A DNA stretch of 64,000 bases from Chrysemys picta bellii (Eukaryota). Positions 49,746-64,000 of this stretch are shown here, piece after piece; the first letter of the stretch is position 1; each line of letters opens with the position of its first letter. The stretch lies in assembly GCF_011386835.1 (NCBI RefSeq), contig NC_088804.1, positions 9,238,001 to 9,302,000 of the forward strand, read 5' to 3'. Both the position numbers and the translations under genes were made by a program. The notes beneath the pieces are model-generated. The model had not been told where the DNA came from and did not search any database. It saw nothing but the letters and a program-made list of their open reading frames with translations.

Positions 49746-50794
49746 AAATATTAATAAAGCTAGTGAAATGAACCTTAGGTTTCAAGGGAAGTTAGCGTTA
49801 ACTATCCCTGTATATGACACAAAAACCTTCCAGACTGCCAGGGAAATACAGAGCTCTCTGCTTCAGCATGTCCCCCATCTCCACTTAAAACACATGCTAT
49901 CTAGAGAATTAAGATGACTTTCGTTTTTTGTAAGAGTCAGTGGAAAAAACTCCTAAAACTCTTTTCTGCGTTTAAAGCCGATTAGCCGTTGTGCAAGGTA
50001 ACGTTACCATTTCCTCTCTGGGGCTCTTCATGCTGGTTTAGGGCAATCAATAATGCTGCCATTCATATGCACAAGCCCTGACCTGATGACCGAAGCATGT
50101 GCCAAATCTTCAGTGACTGGGCTCTGTAATGCAGCGTTCCCTTGGCTGGCCGCGTTCCACAGACATTACACACCAGGCCTGTGTACCAGAGAGCAGACTG
50201 CAAGGTGACAACGTTACAATGGCAGCATTGGGCACTCAAGACCCTTTCTGCTTCTCCAGTCCCCTGATATTTCCCAGTGTAACCCCCCTCCTATCTTTAA
50301 GGCCGTCAGGCTTCCCAGCTGAGGAGAACGGATGGCACAGCCCTTTGCAGAGCCAATCAACAACAGTTCCTTGGGGCTCATTCAGTGCCGGTTGAAGTGA
50401 GTGGAAAGCATCCCATTGACCTCAATGGGCTTTGGCTCAGACGCCTCAGCCGGTTAGAAACACCCCCGCTCCCCTGCCGCATGCTGCAGCTCTCCCAGAT
50501 GAGGGGTACGCTCAGAAATGGAACCGGTCTCTCCTAGCGAGTTGCACAGGGCATTGCTCCCAAACCACTGGGTTGGCTCAGCCGGCAGCAGGGTTGGAAG
50601 AGAAGAAGTCAAGGTGCTCCTATAACCCCCTCCCTCCCAACTCGACTAGAAACCCTCCTTCTCACAACTCATGGCTAAAGGTGGGCGCGGACATTCTAGT
50701 TAATTCAGGATCTCTCCAGCAAAAGCACTGTCTTCAGCCAGATGGTGCCTAGAAGTGCTGCTTTTAGAGCAGACAGAGGAACACAGCCAGGAAA

Positions 50795-50930
50795 GATGGC
50801 CGGTGGATAAGGCCCAGGACTGGGACTCCGGAGACCTAGATTCGATTTCTAGCTCTACTACAGACTGGGACCTTGGGCAGGTCCCTGGTCTCAGGGTCTC
50901 AGTTTCCCTATCTGTAAAATGGGGATCATA
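50795..50930 (+). mobile_element. MIR/CORE-SINE relic
   Basis: gtggataaggcccaggactgggactccggagacc…ctcagtttccctatctgtaaaatgggga. Confidence 0.7.
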
Positions 50931-52922
50931 CTTCTGTCGTCTGGTCTAGGTACACTGCTTTTTAAGGCACCGTCTATTAGTACAAACTCTGATGGAGGCC
51001 CTCGGTGCTACCGTAATACAAAGAATAATAAAACAAACAACAACATTTGCTTTGGGAGCCTTCATCTACCAGCTCAGAAATTAAATCAGGTTGGATTCCA
51101 GAGTCTACCCGTGAACCCAGATCTCACGCCAGGCATTAAGCGGTATGGGGTTGGGGGATGGGATTTTGAGCAAAAATCCATCCAATGCCATATACCCTCT
51201 GTGTCTTCCCACTGAAGTCTAAACCCATCTGCTTCCTTCTCCCATCTCCGACAGCGAGACGGCTTGAGGTTCTCCTTCTGGAGACGCTAGAATTTCAAGA
51301 TGTTCTTTGACATTTCCATTTGTGTGCAAAATATCGTATTCATATCGGTTCTTTGAGAGCATTTGGCAGCACCATGGCAACAAGCGCATCACGGGAACAA
51401 AGCATGATTTATATGACTCTTATCTTTAATGATCTTCCCCATTTCTATTCTGGTCCTCACACTACGAGAGCCACACGCCTCTGTGGTCAAGTTTTAACCT
51501 GCTGCATGTACATTTTATTACACATGGGAGGGGTCTTATTTACAAATTAACAGCGTGACAATTGAGGGGGTGGAACTCCTATTAAAGAACCGGTCTTAAA
51601 ACAAGACCGGGGTCTCAGTGAGTAATGGCCATTTTGGTTTTGAATATCAGGAAAATCCGGGCAGTGCTGAGGACCCAGGACTAGAAGAGCAAGTTACCTG
51701 TGGGAGTCCACACCTGAACTGGCAGAGGACTGCAGACCCAAGACTGAAATAAGCAAGGAGCGCTGGAAGAGAGGAATAGGGCTTATTTGCCAGAGTGCAA
51801 AGACCCAGGAATAAAACAGCACAAAGGCTGCAGATCGGGACTGAGTGGTCTATTTTCTGGTGTCAACGGTCCAGGGTTCGCTACCCAGAGCATCATTATC
51901 AACATGGTCACAGTTTTACGTGGAGTCAGTGGGAATTAAGGGCCCTTCGTTTCCATATATTCATTAAAGGCTTGATCTTCTGGCATTCTCCTTTCTGAAT
52001 GTGAACAGGACTGGAATCCGGAATGTGAAATTATTATTAAGACAGTGCCAGTGCTGGGCTGGGGGTTTTACAAGCAGCTGTGAAGACTCGGCCCCTGCCC
52101 AGACTACCTCTCAGCAGTTTGAGCAGCGTGGCAATGAGAAACCATCCCATGATGCATCTGGAGGTTCCATGTTCTCTTCAGTCCCATTATGTTTGCAATT
52201 TCTGGTTTCTGTCAGTCATAACAACCGGTGGGAGAATTATTCACTGCAAGTTGTTTACGGAGATTTGTCCCATTGAAACTGGTGACATGACAGACAGTGA
52301 CATGTACTGGTTAGGGGGAGATGAATCATCTCCAAGGTGTACACTGGGAGCCTGATCTGCAGGCAGTCAAATGGCAGTCTGCCTGCATGCAGACCACCGA
52401 ATCAGACCCAGCGTGGTTAAAAACCTCACACAGAGAGGTGACGGAGAAAGAAGAGACAAAGAAGCCTGGAGCATATGGTCAGTCAACGTCAAGTCACTCA
52501 AACACTTCCAGCGACATACCCAAACCATTCTTCGGAGAGCGTTTCGTTACCACGCCTTCCTCTCTCAGCTCCACTGGCAACAGACCAATGTCGGACAGCA
52601 CACCTCCGCCCTGCCTACCCTGCCACTCCCACCATTGTCCTTCCTGGAGGAGCTGCACCAGTGGAGAACGGCAGATCCCAGTTTTGCAGCTGAAGATTAT
52701 TTGGTAATTTCAGCTAGAGCAGAAGCCAGCCAGAGCATGCCTGGAGCAGGGCACCCTGGCGCTCTCCATAGCACAAGTTACCCATTTGTTGTCAGATTGA
52801 ACACCAGCAGTTTATGTTGATCCATAAGGTGTTCATGGTTGGGGCCCTGTGCATCTCAGCTGAGGTGCGTTAGCTGTATGGCTGGAGGGGGCAGGGAGGG
52901 AAGGGGAACGGAGTCTAGCAAT

Positions 52923-53454
52923 GGCCTGGTCTGCACTACAGAGTTAGGTAACTCTGTAAGCGTCCACATTAACATGTAGCTCCCACCAATGTCAGTCGCC
53001 CACTACATCGACTTAATAACTCCCCCTCACGAGAGGCACAGTGCTTAGGTCAATGGGGTTCGGGCGACGCCGTGTCTGTGTAGACACTGCGTTACCGACA
53101 TCGCCAGTTCACAGCTACAGCCCGTGCTGACTACGGGCTTCCTGCAGCAGACCACTAGCATCAGGACAGCAGCAGGGTCCACACCAAGGGAAGGAGGGTA
53201 CGAACTGATTTTGGTGGGGGAGAGGGTGGCTGTAGCAACTGACTTATATGGGGCAAATGGCTCCAGGTCTCAACCCTAGGGCAGGGCAGGACGGGGGGGC
53301 TCCATCTGTCAATACCCCACCATGCCCCACACAGTTAAGTCGGCGGAAGCGCTCCTGGTGAGGACACGCACCGCCCACAGAAGTGGCCCAGAGTGGACAT
53401 GAAGCATCGCTTTAATGACTTAAGTCGACTTAATTTTGTAGTGTAGACATGCCC
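52923..53454. mobile_element. PIF/Harbinger-type MITE (longer form)
   Basis: ggcctggtctgcactaca / tgtagtgtagacatgccc termini; internal gtgtagacac motif. Confidence 0.7.
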
Positions 53455-53777
53455 AGTGAGGTTCCCTCCACACTGGAATTTGCTTCTCCCTTCGCCCCCC
53501 CAGCGCTGACTAGGGAAGACAAGGCCCTTTGGGGCAAGTTGCAAGGCCTCTCAATGATACTCAGGCTATTTTCCAGAGGAGATGATTTGAAAGGAAAGTG
53601 CCCTGAGTTTCTTGTGATGGGCGTATGGTGTGGCAGTATTTTTTCGTACATGCGCCTAGAGAACACGGTAGGTGTATTTTTGTAAGTAACTACAAGTCAC
53701 TGATGCAACCAACGATTTTATCTCCATGGGACTTTGTGGCTGAATAATCAACAGCAGAGAAACTGCATCAAGTTCAC

Positions 53778-53947
53778 AGAATCATAGAATATCGGGGTTG
53801 GAAGGGACCTCAGGAGGTCATCTAGTCCCACCCCTTGCTCAAAGCAGGACCAATCCCCAACTAAATCATCCCAGCCAGGGCTTTGTCAAGCCTGACTTTA
53901 AAAACCTCTAAGGATGGAGATTCCACCACTTCCCTAGGTAATCCCAT
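53778..53947 (-). mobile_element. CR1 3' fragment
   Basis: agaatcatagaatatcggggttggaagggacctc…gattccaccacttccctaggtaa. Confidence 0.92.
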
Positions 53948-54337
53948 ACTGAAAAAAGCATAAGGGAGAAAATGCTCCAAGGGCTTGGCCAATGGGCTAC
54001 AGAGCAGTTCACCTTTAGCCCACAGGTTCAGGCCCAGCCCACATGGGTACAGACCTTAAGGGAATGTCTACACTCTAATTAGACCCCCGTGGCTGGCCTG
54101 TGCCAGCGGGCCCAGGCTAAGGGGCTGTTTCATTGTGGTGTAGATGTCCAGGCTATACATTTTTCAGGGCAGGGCTTTCTTTTTTATTCACCTGTAAAGC
54201 GCCATCAAATCAATACTGAGGCTAGAAATCCAGACGCTCCCCAGCTGGTAGTTTTCAAACAGAGAGATAAGGAAAAAATCACTCAGTGGTATCAGCTCAG
54301 GTAAAGGCCTGTCTTTAAAGCTAAGGTGGGTTGCAAT

Positions 54338-54597
54338 TAGGGGTGCCAGAATGGGGGGTTAGGGGGCCACGACCCCATCACTTTTAAAAGTGGGAGGGCT
54401 TTTTACCAGCTGTAAGGGCGAGTGATGGGGGGAGGGGTGGAGAGTAGCGAGCAGGGGGGCAAGGTCTTGGGAGGAAGAGGTGGCGCAGGAGCGGGACCTT
54501 GGGGTAAGAGGCAGCATGAGGGTGAGGGTTTGGGGGGTGGGCCACGGTTCGGGCTCCCGTGGCTTCTCCATTTTTAGGGAGTTTCCTCTGCTCCTGA
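54338..54597. mobile_element. Degenerate G-rich hAT-like MITE
   Basis: taggggtgccagaa…ttcctctgctcctg termini with a purine-rich interior; no clear TSD. Confidence 0.4.
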
Positions 54598-57298
54598 TAT
54601 TGCAATACAAGGCGAGCAGGAGAAAACAAACATCTAAAACCACCTCCCTTTATAAGCCCTGTGGGACGTAGCCCAGGGCATTTCATGCCTGTCAATGGAA
54701 AGGAGATGGGTAGAGCTGACTGCAATGATTTTGCCTGGATGATTTTCAGTAAATGCCTTTTCTGAAAAACCAAACTTCTCCACAGGACAATTGTGATTTT
54801 CCACACGGAGAAGCGAAATGACGGCGCCGATCTCAGTCTCTGCCATGAATCTGACAAAAGCTCTGTGAGCTCCCAGATTCTCGGCTGCTGGAGCCGGGCA
54901 GAGAGGGAGGAGAGAGAAAGGCTGAGTTCCTGACTCAGCCTCTCTGGCCTCCGGGTTAACAACACTTTTCCCGCGGGAAGGGATGTCCGGCTAGCCCCAG
55001 AGACTGGATGGGAGGTTAATTTATGTCCTAGATTGGTGCATTTTAAAGACTGCTTGAAAACCATAAAAACCAGGTTACATAGGCCTTGCTCAACATTTAG
55101 CATCCTCGCCTTTGGTTATGAAGTGCACAGCTCAATAGGGCAGAAAATCAGCGATGGGAAAAGACCTGTTAGGCAATCTAGCCCATGCCGACAGTGTATT
55201 CTCCAAAGATTCAGCCCGCGCAGTTTGAAGTGCTCCAGTATGGAGCCGCCAGATCTTCTCTTCTACAGTTCACAAACCCCACTGTTGAGTTTTCCTACTA
55301 CTCAGATGTTTTGCTGCCTCAATGCAGGAGTCGATCCAAGGCTCATTGAAGTCAACGGAAAGCCTACAAGGCCCCAAAGCATGTACCGTGTCTGGAAGTG
55401 GGAGAGTCTCGCTTGCAGTACAAAGAGTGCCGGGGCTGGTGGAACATCCTACTCACTAGATATGCCACGACGGGCACTGCTAGGATGTTTTCGCCATTCA
55501 GAAGCAGAACATTTCAGAGCGAGGGGGGTTAGTTAGCAGGCATAGCAATCCACCCACTCCGGACACAGAGAGCACCGCTATAGACATGAGACACAAGCTG
55601 AAGTTTGTTTGACCACTGTAACACCCCACATAAACATGCCTCTGAAGCCACGTGTGGAAACAATTCTGCCATCAGAATTCCCCATCAGAAGGCCAGCTTT
55701 GGGTCGCAGCCTGTTCATGATAATGAACTTCTAGCGTAACCACTTTTAAACAGCCTGACCTCACGTCACCTACGGACCCAATCGGTGGTGCTGAACATTC
55801 TCAACTCCTACTGATGTCACCAGAGGCACCCAGTGACTCATGGGATCGGGGCGGTAGACTACTTTCTTTATGGCAGGGTCCACATTGTCCTGTCTGAAGC
55901 ACTATGCATATTTATGGGGTTGGAGAAATAACGATTTCACCACAAAAGTGGGGAGAGATGTGTACTGAAATCTCCCGCTGTAAAGGCCTCAGAAAGGCAA
56001 ACAGGGTCGCAACAGATTACCAATAAATCGCTCTCCCATTGGACAAGACCAGGTCCCATGCCCTCCCTCAACCAAAAGCAGAGATGCGGTAGTCCACTTT
56101 GGTCTAGAACCCCGCCAGAACCAATCTGGATACTGGTCAGATTTTTGTCACTGTACAGAGGCCAATATTGCATGTACACAAGAACAGGACAATGGAATGA
56201 ACACAAATAACTGTGATGGGGAGACGCAGACAGGTTCAGTGTTCAGCCTGTACTGTTCAAAAACACAGAGAGATTTGCTGTGTGCTAATTTACTACAGGT
56301 CTTAACCCGACAAGATTTCACAGGCTAAATTCATTCATAGACACCGGAGGAGTTCCACCACAGATAAACATGGCCCAGTATTTAGAGCCAGAAACTCAGC
56401 AGGAGGATCACATATACTCTAACATGCCTTCTCCTATAGCATGGACTGGCTCTTCCATGAGCCACGGGTGTGAATTCTTTGGGATCTTAATTCTGCCAGC
56501 TGGTCCAAAGTCTCTGCAGGACGTTACAGCAAACAAACAGAAATGCGTGTTTACTGTGGAAACGCTGACTGGGCTGGGTGTGTAACGATGCTCCGAGCAC
56601 CGCACAATATGCTAGGGGAGATTTATTTTTTTTTGGCACGGGCATTTGTAGAACCACGTCTGCTTTAACCATTTGAGTGCCTATTCCCAACAAAGATCAA
56701 CACGGCTTTCAGGAGATTCGCGGAGAGCCAGCACTGGAAGTGACCGGGCTTTCAGCACACCTGAGAACGCAGACTGTACAAGAGACAATCCTTAAGGTGT
56801 AAAGATTTTAAACCTATGACTATCTTGCTGGGTCCATTTCCACACTCTGCGTGTAAAACGTTACACAACGGACATTCCATTTCCAGCCCCTTTTATTTTC
56901 TCCTCTGTGTCTGTCTGACACACTTACCAAGTGGGCCCTGCCACTTTCCCCGAATCATTCCTGCCTCCTGCCAGGAAAGTGATTCAGTGGCTGACTATGC
57001 CAATTAGTGCCAATGCGGCTGCTTTAATGCCAGCTTGAAAGGGAGGGAGAAATTGGCTGCCAGCCTCCCTCCCCCCACTCCACAGACATATACAATCCTG
57101 TTTCCTTCTCCAAAGCCTGAAAACCAGAGCCCTTCTATCCCATCCCCCCAGCCCATCCCCTGCATAAAAAGCTCTTGCAGATGCAACAGGCAGCCATTCT
57201 GTTCTGAACCCTCAGGAAACGACACACAGCTTTATTCCTGCGCAAGTGGACGCACACATTTTAAACATGCAGAGCATATGGCAAGCAGAGTACTTTAC

Positions 57299-57353
57299 CT
57301 TCCAGTCTGGCGGTAACTGGGCACCAAATCCCAGAGCAGGAAACATTTTGTCT
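57299..57353 (-). CDS. CPNE2: Copine-2 coding exon ((S)DKMFPALGFGAQLPPDWK)
   Basis: 55 nt; acceptor taag, donor gtaaag; TC+A completes Ser with the previous exon; classic copine motif. Confidence 0.96.
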
Positions 57354-57522
57354 CTTAAAAAAACCCAAAACAAAACAGGAAGTGTTACTGACTTTGCACC
57401 CCCTCCCCAAACATACAACAACACTTCTTTACTCATGAAAGGTCTGACGAGTCTGGAAGGTACTCAACACCTGAAGTGGTCACTGAATACAGTGGGCGCT
57501 GCAGATCTGTGGCACCTTCCCA

Positions 57523-57799
57523 CAGTCATTCCCAAATCGCGAGATTATCTTTTTAATATCTCATGAGTCTTAGGCCAATAGATGTGGGGGCTTTATTAGC
57601 CTTTGGGTTTTTCAGCCTTCTAGGGGTCACGTTTTCAGGCTTTGCTCTGCAATCACAAGAGCCAGGAATTTCTTCTCTTTTTAAGTCGTGGCTGAGATTC
57701 TCACGTCATTGCAGGACTGCCAGAGTTTGGGGTTTAAGGAGAGCACCAGCTATTCCACTGCAAAGTTCCCTATTGTAATCAGGAGAGCTGGCAACACTG
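57523..57799 (-). mobile_element. Dispersed DNA-transposon-like repeat, copy 3
   Basis: Ends gagctggcaacactg; ggggtcacgttttcaggctt…tgagattctcacg shared with copies 1 and 2. Confidence 0.55.
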
Positions 57800-58232
57800 C
57801 TCCCAGGATCAGGCCCTAATAGATTATCCAGTATTAGAACGCTGACGTTCCTATGGTTGTTTGATTTATTGATTTTATGCTACACTATAGGCGCACCCAA
57901 CAGGATAGTCGAGGGACACGGGCACATGTTAGCGCAGCTGTTTATGGTAAAAGATACTAGGCTGAGGGCATCTGCTTTTCATATCAACAGGCCACACACA
58001 CTGTAAGAGCTTGTGTGCATGGAGCAGCAGTGCACGCTACGGGGGTGTGATTTCTAAAGTGCACTAATGCATTACACGTTGACTTGTGTAGACTCTCCTG
58101 GTGCTCACTCAAGGTTCCCTCGTGCACTTTAACACTGCATCAGCAGGGACCAATTAATATGCAACCCATTCGTATCATTTAGAAATCATATCCCCATAGC
58201 CAGCATTACCCCATCACATAGACAAGCCCTAA

Positions 58233-58619
58233 GGGTATGTCTACACTGGACGCTAAGCCCAGGCTCTGACTCAAATTTCAGCCCAAGCCCCACTTCTGTC
58301 CACACACAAATCAGTCTGACTCGGGTCAGTAAACACTCAGGAGCTGGGTACTAGGATTCTGCTAAGGGGGTGGGTCAGAGCCTGAGTCCTGCTGAGACTC
58401 AGGTCCAAGCCCTGTCATCTTGCAGTGTGGATACGGCTCAAGGGGCACACCTGAGTCAGTGCTTGCACAGTGCAGTGTGGACACGTTAGCACCGTTCTGA
58501 CACCCAGGTCCAGCAACTATAAGCCCAGGTTTACAATGCTCAAGCATGGGGTTGGAAACACGGAGTCCCCAAGTCCCAGTCCCACAGAGCTGGGCTAAGA
58601 GTGCAGTGCAGACCTACCC
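58233..58619. mobile_element. PIF/Harbinger-type MITE abutting another MITE end
   Basis: gggtatgtctacactg / cagtgcagacctaccc; preceded by …acatagacaagccc|TAA. Confidence 0.75.
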
Positions 58620-58799
58620 CTGAGAGAGGGAATGCTTGGTCTTTGATGGTGTGAGGGCAGATGGGATTATTTTCGACACCCCATTGATGCTTGAATTCCC
58701 CTCTCCCCAAAAGAAGAAGAAAAGAGAGATTCTCTTCTGTATTTATTAGGCAATTCATGGATGAAACAACCACCTGAATTTAGGTCAGTTTTCCTCCAC

Positions 58800-58895
58800 A
58801 GATCTCAGAGCGTCACCTAAGAGGGTATCTAAACCCATTTTACAGATGGGGAAACCGAGGCACACAGAGGGAAAGTGACTTGCCCAAAGTCTTGG
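58800..58895 (-). mobile_element. MIR/CORE-SINE relic
   Basis: cccattttacagatggggaaaccgaggcacacagaggg aaagtgacttgcccaa. Confidence 0.75.
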
Positions 58896-59039
58896 AGCAA
58901 GCAAAGTACAGAGTCAAGTGCCCCACCCTCCTAGACCATGTTGCCCATGTGCACTAGCAATGGCTGGAATGTACCCTACCGAAGGAAGGGAACACTCTGG
59001 GCCAAGCAGCTACGATCTAAATGGACGAGGCAGTACTTA

Positions 59040-59925
<886 letters not shown>

Positions 59926-62900
59926 ATTTCCTTCATTTTCACTTGGGATCAGCAAAGCAGTTTGGACAAAACGTAAACCAACCTCACCCCACGCCAACCT
60001 TTTTGAAAGTTTCTAGAAGTTCAATTCTTTTACACCAGCTTTCCTACAAAGCTTAGTTGATTAAAGCCAAAGTCTAGTCGGTCTCGGTTTTACGCCTTCT
60101 GAGAATCGGGTCCACATTTTTCAAAAGCGGCCACAGTTTTGGGTGTAACAGTCATTTTTGGGTGTCCCATTAGAGGACTAATTCCCAGAGGTGCTGAGCA
60201 CCGGTAGCACATGCTGAAGATAATTTTCATTTCAGGTCCTCAGAAGATCTGTTAAAAATCAGGCCCCAGATAAAGCAGATTAAATCAGGTGCCCAAAAAT
60301 AACGCATCTCAAGTCAGTGGCCACTTTTGAAAATTTTTGGACTGAGCTTCCCCATGCGCCTCTGCGCTTCCTATTTGCAGCCTGAACCAGAAGGACTGAA
60401 ATAGCAGAAGTGGTCCTCAGTGCTTCCACCTTGTCAGCTCCAAAGTGCTAAGCCCAGGAAGAAACACCCAGAGGCAAATTCAGTGGCGTTATCCCAGAGC
60501 TGAATTTTACCCTGCATGTTCGGCGAAAGAGGAGAAATCCCACTGGTGGACGAGCAAACCTCAAACGATTGGGCCAGATCCAGAAGGGACATACGTGATG
60601 GAGCAACTGGCAAATCAGTAAGAGCCTGAGTGTCACTTACACACTAACAGCCGACTCTCCTTTGTCCTGCCCCTTGGCCCGCCCCTAGTTCTCCCTCTAG
60701 CCAGGACTGAGCAGAGCGCATCCAGCCCCATTACGAAGCAGAAGGATGCCATCTAACATGCACTCTGCATTAATAAAGAGACTACAGAGGTGAGCTGGGG
60801 CCAGTGGGGGACGGAAAGGCAGGGCATTAACAGGAAAAGCAACCCAGGAAGGTGCAATTCCTACTAAAACCCCGCCCCCTCCCACTTCCTTGGTGACTGA
60901 ACTAAAATCATGCTCACTTACCAGCATGTGCCTCATCACCTGTGACATCAGCTCTGAGTTAGGCCCAGCCAATGAGGCAAATTCATCCCTGGGTAACTCC
61001 ACTGATGCCAGCTTACACCAGGGATCAGCTTGGCTCATGGAAGTTCATTTCTCCTTCTCTTTTCTTTGTAGGGGTCACTTGGCACCGGTACTTCCAGGTC
61101 CCCGATAGGACGGAAATGCTGCCCAACAAGATTTCTAGGTCATGCCCAGCAGAGGTAGCTGAGGGCCTGTGGGAATTGCCTCGTGTTACTCCAGTATTTT
61201 GGTTCGGGATGCAAAGAAGGAAAGGCAGGATGCATGGATAAGCACAGCAGCGTTAACCGCATCTTTCAGCTGGGGTCTGGTCAGCTCTGATTTTATCCAA
61301 AATGGTTTGCTGATCCTTAAGTCGGAAGCAAATTAACGCTCTAGACAAAGAAATGGAAATGGGAGGGGGGGGGGCGGGGGAAGGGCTCTGTGCTTTCCAC
61401 TGGCTTCCCTCACATTTCCTGCAAAAGATGTTTCTTAGACACAGAAACTAGCCTATGCAGGTTTTCAATGCCGAGCCCTTCCGTGCAGTATCCCATTGCC
61501 TGTCAGGGCACTTGCAGACAGAACGATCCCAGTGTTAACATTAAGGGGCCACATTCACAGCTCTGTTGTTCCACCCTGAAACGTATACGTGTATCTGTGT
61601 CAGCTTAGCAGGCAGAGGCCCCAGCTGCGGTCAGCCCTTGTTGCACTAGGCACTGTATAGACACCTCGCGAGACACCCAGAAGAGCTCACAATCGAAACA
61701 AAGGGCAGGAGGGGAAACAGTCTCGGGTTGGTGAAGTGATTCTCCCCTGGCCGCACACCAGGAAAAGGGAAGGAAACTTGTGTCTCCTGGCTCCCAGTCC
61801 CTGTCTTCTCTCTCCTCTTGTGTATATATAGACACCATCAATGCCTGCAGCATCACAACAGTGGGAGATGAATGGGGAACCACCTGGGTGAAAGCTGATG
61901 AGTGTCTGTCTAAAGTTGTGAATTCCCTGAAGCATAAAGCCACTGGATGGGCCTGGAAGTGCCATTTGTAGAACCCCATTTCCTGCCCTTCTCTTGCTTC
62001 CTTTCAGCATCAGCCTCTTCTTTCAGTTTGTCATGGTCTCCTGTGACACCACGTGACCTTCAGGGGGGCACCAGGCCCTTGTCGACAGGCGGCCTTTCAT
62101 AATTCTGGGTGCTCTCTCTCTGTAGCGGCTCCTCAAGTCCACACCCAGCAGGTGCTGCTGATAACCCAAGTCGGTATTGTGCCGACAGGATAATAAATGA
62201 AGAACTACCCTCCCTGACTGAAACGCTAATCAAAGAAACATTCCCTTTGATGAAAACCGAACAAGAAAGCTGGCCAATTATCGGTAGATGGTTAAACTAT
62301 AGGGTGGATTTCAGCTTTTCATGCTGATGTACACAGGAGTTTGGTGTTACCAGCAAACTTAGTCATTTTCCCTTTTGTTCACTCTTTTGCTCTAAGACCT
62401 TAACACAACGGTTGAGCTGCGTATAAAAAGCTCTGGCATTCATTTCTGTTTCTATGGTAACTCTTCCTCTTCCCGCCCCCCCACCTCTTCCCCCTTCGCC
62501 TCCTATGTCTTTTTAGACAACAAATACAAATTGACATGCTGCATGCACACACAAATCTCTAGATACTGTACTAAAAAAAAGGGAATTTTCAGAAATTAAA
62601 GGGCTGGGGGGAAAAAACATCCATTTTATTAAGCAGTTAAACTCGAGGGCTGTCATTTCCTCTCGAGTTGCTCCCGACAAATCACATGCACTCTGGATCA
62701 AACAAGAGGGGCTAGAAATGCAAATGGAAACACCGAAATTCTCCCATTACGTGAAAAGCGCATGTCAGCAACATGCCAAACAAGTGAATTCCACTCAATA
62801 ATCAGATCAGCTCTTCAAGGCAAAATGACTATAGACCCAACTAGTGACTGCGAGCCTCAGAAGACCATCTGGAGATTCAGCTGGGTTAGAATAAAACCCC

Positions 62901-63018
62901 AAAGAACTTGGAGCCATCTTTGAACTTCTCAGGTCTGCAGGAGTTGTCTCTCCCATGGCTTCCTGGCTCATCTTCAGGAACACAAGACTCCAAGAACAGG
63001 GTCATTTGTAGTATTTTA

Positions 63019-63196
63019 CAGAATCATAGAATATCAGGGTTGGAAGGGACCTCAGGAGGTCATCTACTCCAACCCCCTACTCAAAAGGGGACCAACTCCA
63101 GACAGATTTTTGCCCCAGATCCCTAAATGGCCCCCTCAAGGATTGAACTCACAACACTGGGTTTAGCAGGCCAATGCTCAAACCACTGAGCTATCC
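63019..63196 (-). mobile_element. tRNA-Lys-derived SINE with CR1 3' tail
   Basis: Head nearly identical to the 12962-13162 copy (ggatagctcagtggtttgagcattggcc…gttcaatccttgagggggcc); tail tattctatgattctg. Confidence 0.88.
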
Positions 63197-63546
63197 GCAC
63201 TTTCGCTTCAAGCTGGAACCAGGAAGAGCAGAGGCAGTGGCCAACGTGAAAAATAATGGGGAGAAGTTAATGGATCTTTTTCAAACCTCAGAAAAGGTTT
63301 GGTAGTTTTGAGTGAAGGATCTGGGGGAAGTTTGATCTTCGTTCATCTTGAAAACTGCTCCGTGGTTCTGGTAAAAAAAAAAAGTCCGTCCCCATCCCCC
63401 CCCCAGCACACTCCATGAAGTATCATAGCGGAGAATTCCAGGAAACGGACACATAAGAAAAATCATATGTATTCTAATTTCTTACTGGGTTCCAAGCTGT
63501 TCAACCCTGAACTACAGTACATTTGCCTGGGGCATCGATGAAGGAT

Positions 63547-64000
63547 TGTCACGTGCTGGAGAGTTAACAGCCTACCAAGAAACTGTGCCAAACAAAACAT
63601 AGCTCAGCTCATCCAAACATGCAGGCCCCAAACGAGATGGAGAGAGGAGGTGCAGCAGTTCTTGAAGAGGAAGCAGAAAAAAGGCTACTCCATACTGGCT
63701 GTGCTGGGAAGGGGCTGGGTTCTTGGACCATGGACAATACCTGTGAGACATTCTGACCGATAGATACACTCCTGAGAGTATCAGAGAGACACCTGAAAAC
63801 GAACAGGACTCAGAGTTGTAGAAATTCCAGCCGTCAGGGAGACTTTCTGAGAGGATTCCTTGGTCGCATACCCAGAAAAACGTGAACGTGGATACAGCAA
63901 CAGAAATGCTTGGGTAACTATTGACCTAAGAAGCATGTATAGTCACTATGATTGGGTGTGCGCATTCGTGATAATTATGTACAATTTGTGCCAACCGTGG
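63547..64000 (+). mobile_element. Probable LTR start running off the window
   Basis: TGTCACGTGCTGGAGAGTTAACAG start resembles the LTR 5' ends at 3098 and 34589; the end is not visible. Confidence 0.35.

Noticed and set aside
54384-55103. 239-aa minus-strand ORF
   Set aside because: It spans MITE-like and degenerate repeat sequence, with no splice or homology support.

Overview
Vertebrate genomic DNA, almost certainly turtle (Testudines), judged from the repeat content: PsCR1-type CR1 LINE 3' ends, tRNA-Lys-derived CR1-tailed SINEs and Penelope-like fragments. The window holds the 3' part of copine-2 (CPNE2) on the minus strand. Six coding exons with canonical GT-AG sites and consistent phases (59041-59174, 57299-57353, 47272-47323, 41205-41338, 10689-10925, 9552-9659) total 720 nt and encode the C-terminal vWA domain through the stop codon. 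A 3' UTR follows, with AATAAA at 9122-9127, and one intron is 30.3 kb. The 5' exons lie beyond the right edge. The rest is intronic or intergenic and dense in transposons: hAT MITEs with 8-bp TSDs, PIF/Harbinger-type MITEs with 3-bp TSDs, a Tigger/pogo-like element with a TA TSD, solo LTRs, CR1, SINEs, MIR/L2 relics, Penelope fragments, about 100-bp palindromic repeats and microsatellites. The most notable signals are a minimal hammerhead-ribozyme motif in a Penelope fragment (45791-45830), a fold-back Penelope derivative with a 13-bp TSD (39660-39824), and a possible U2-snRNA-headed, CR1-tailed retrocopy (40965-41105). Repeat families were assigned by eye from terminal motifs and TSDs; no database search was run. 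There are no CRISPR arrays, rRNA genes or true tRNA genes.
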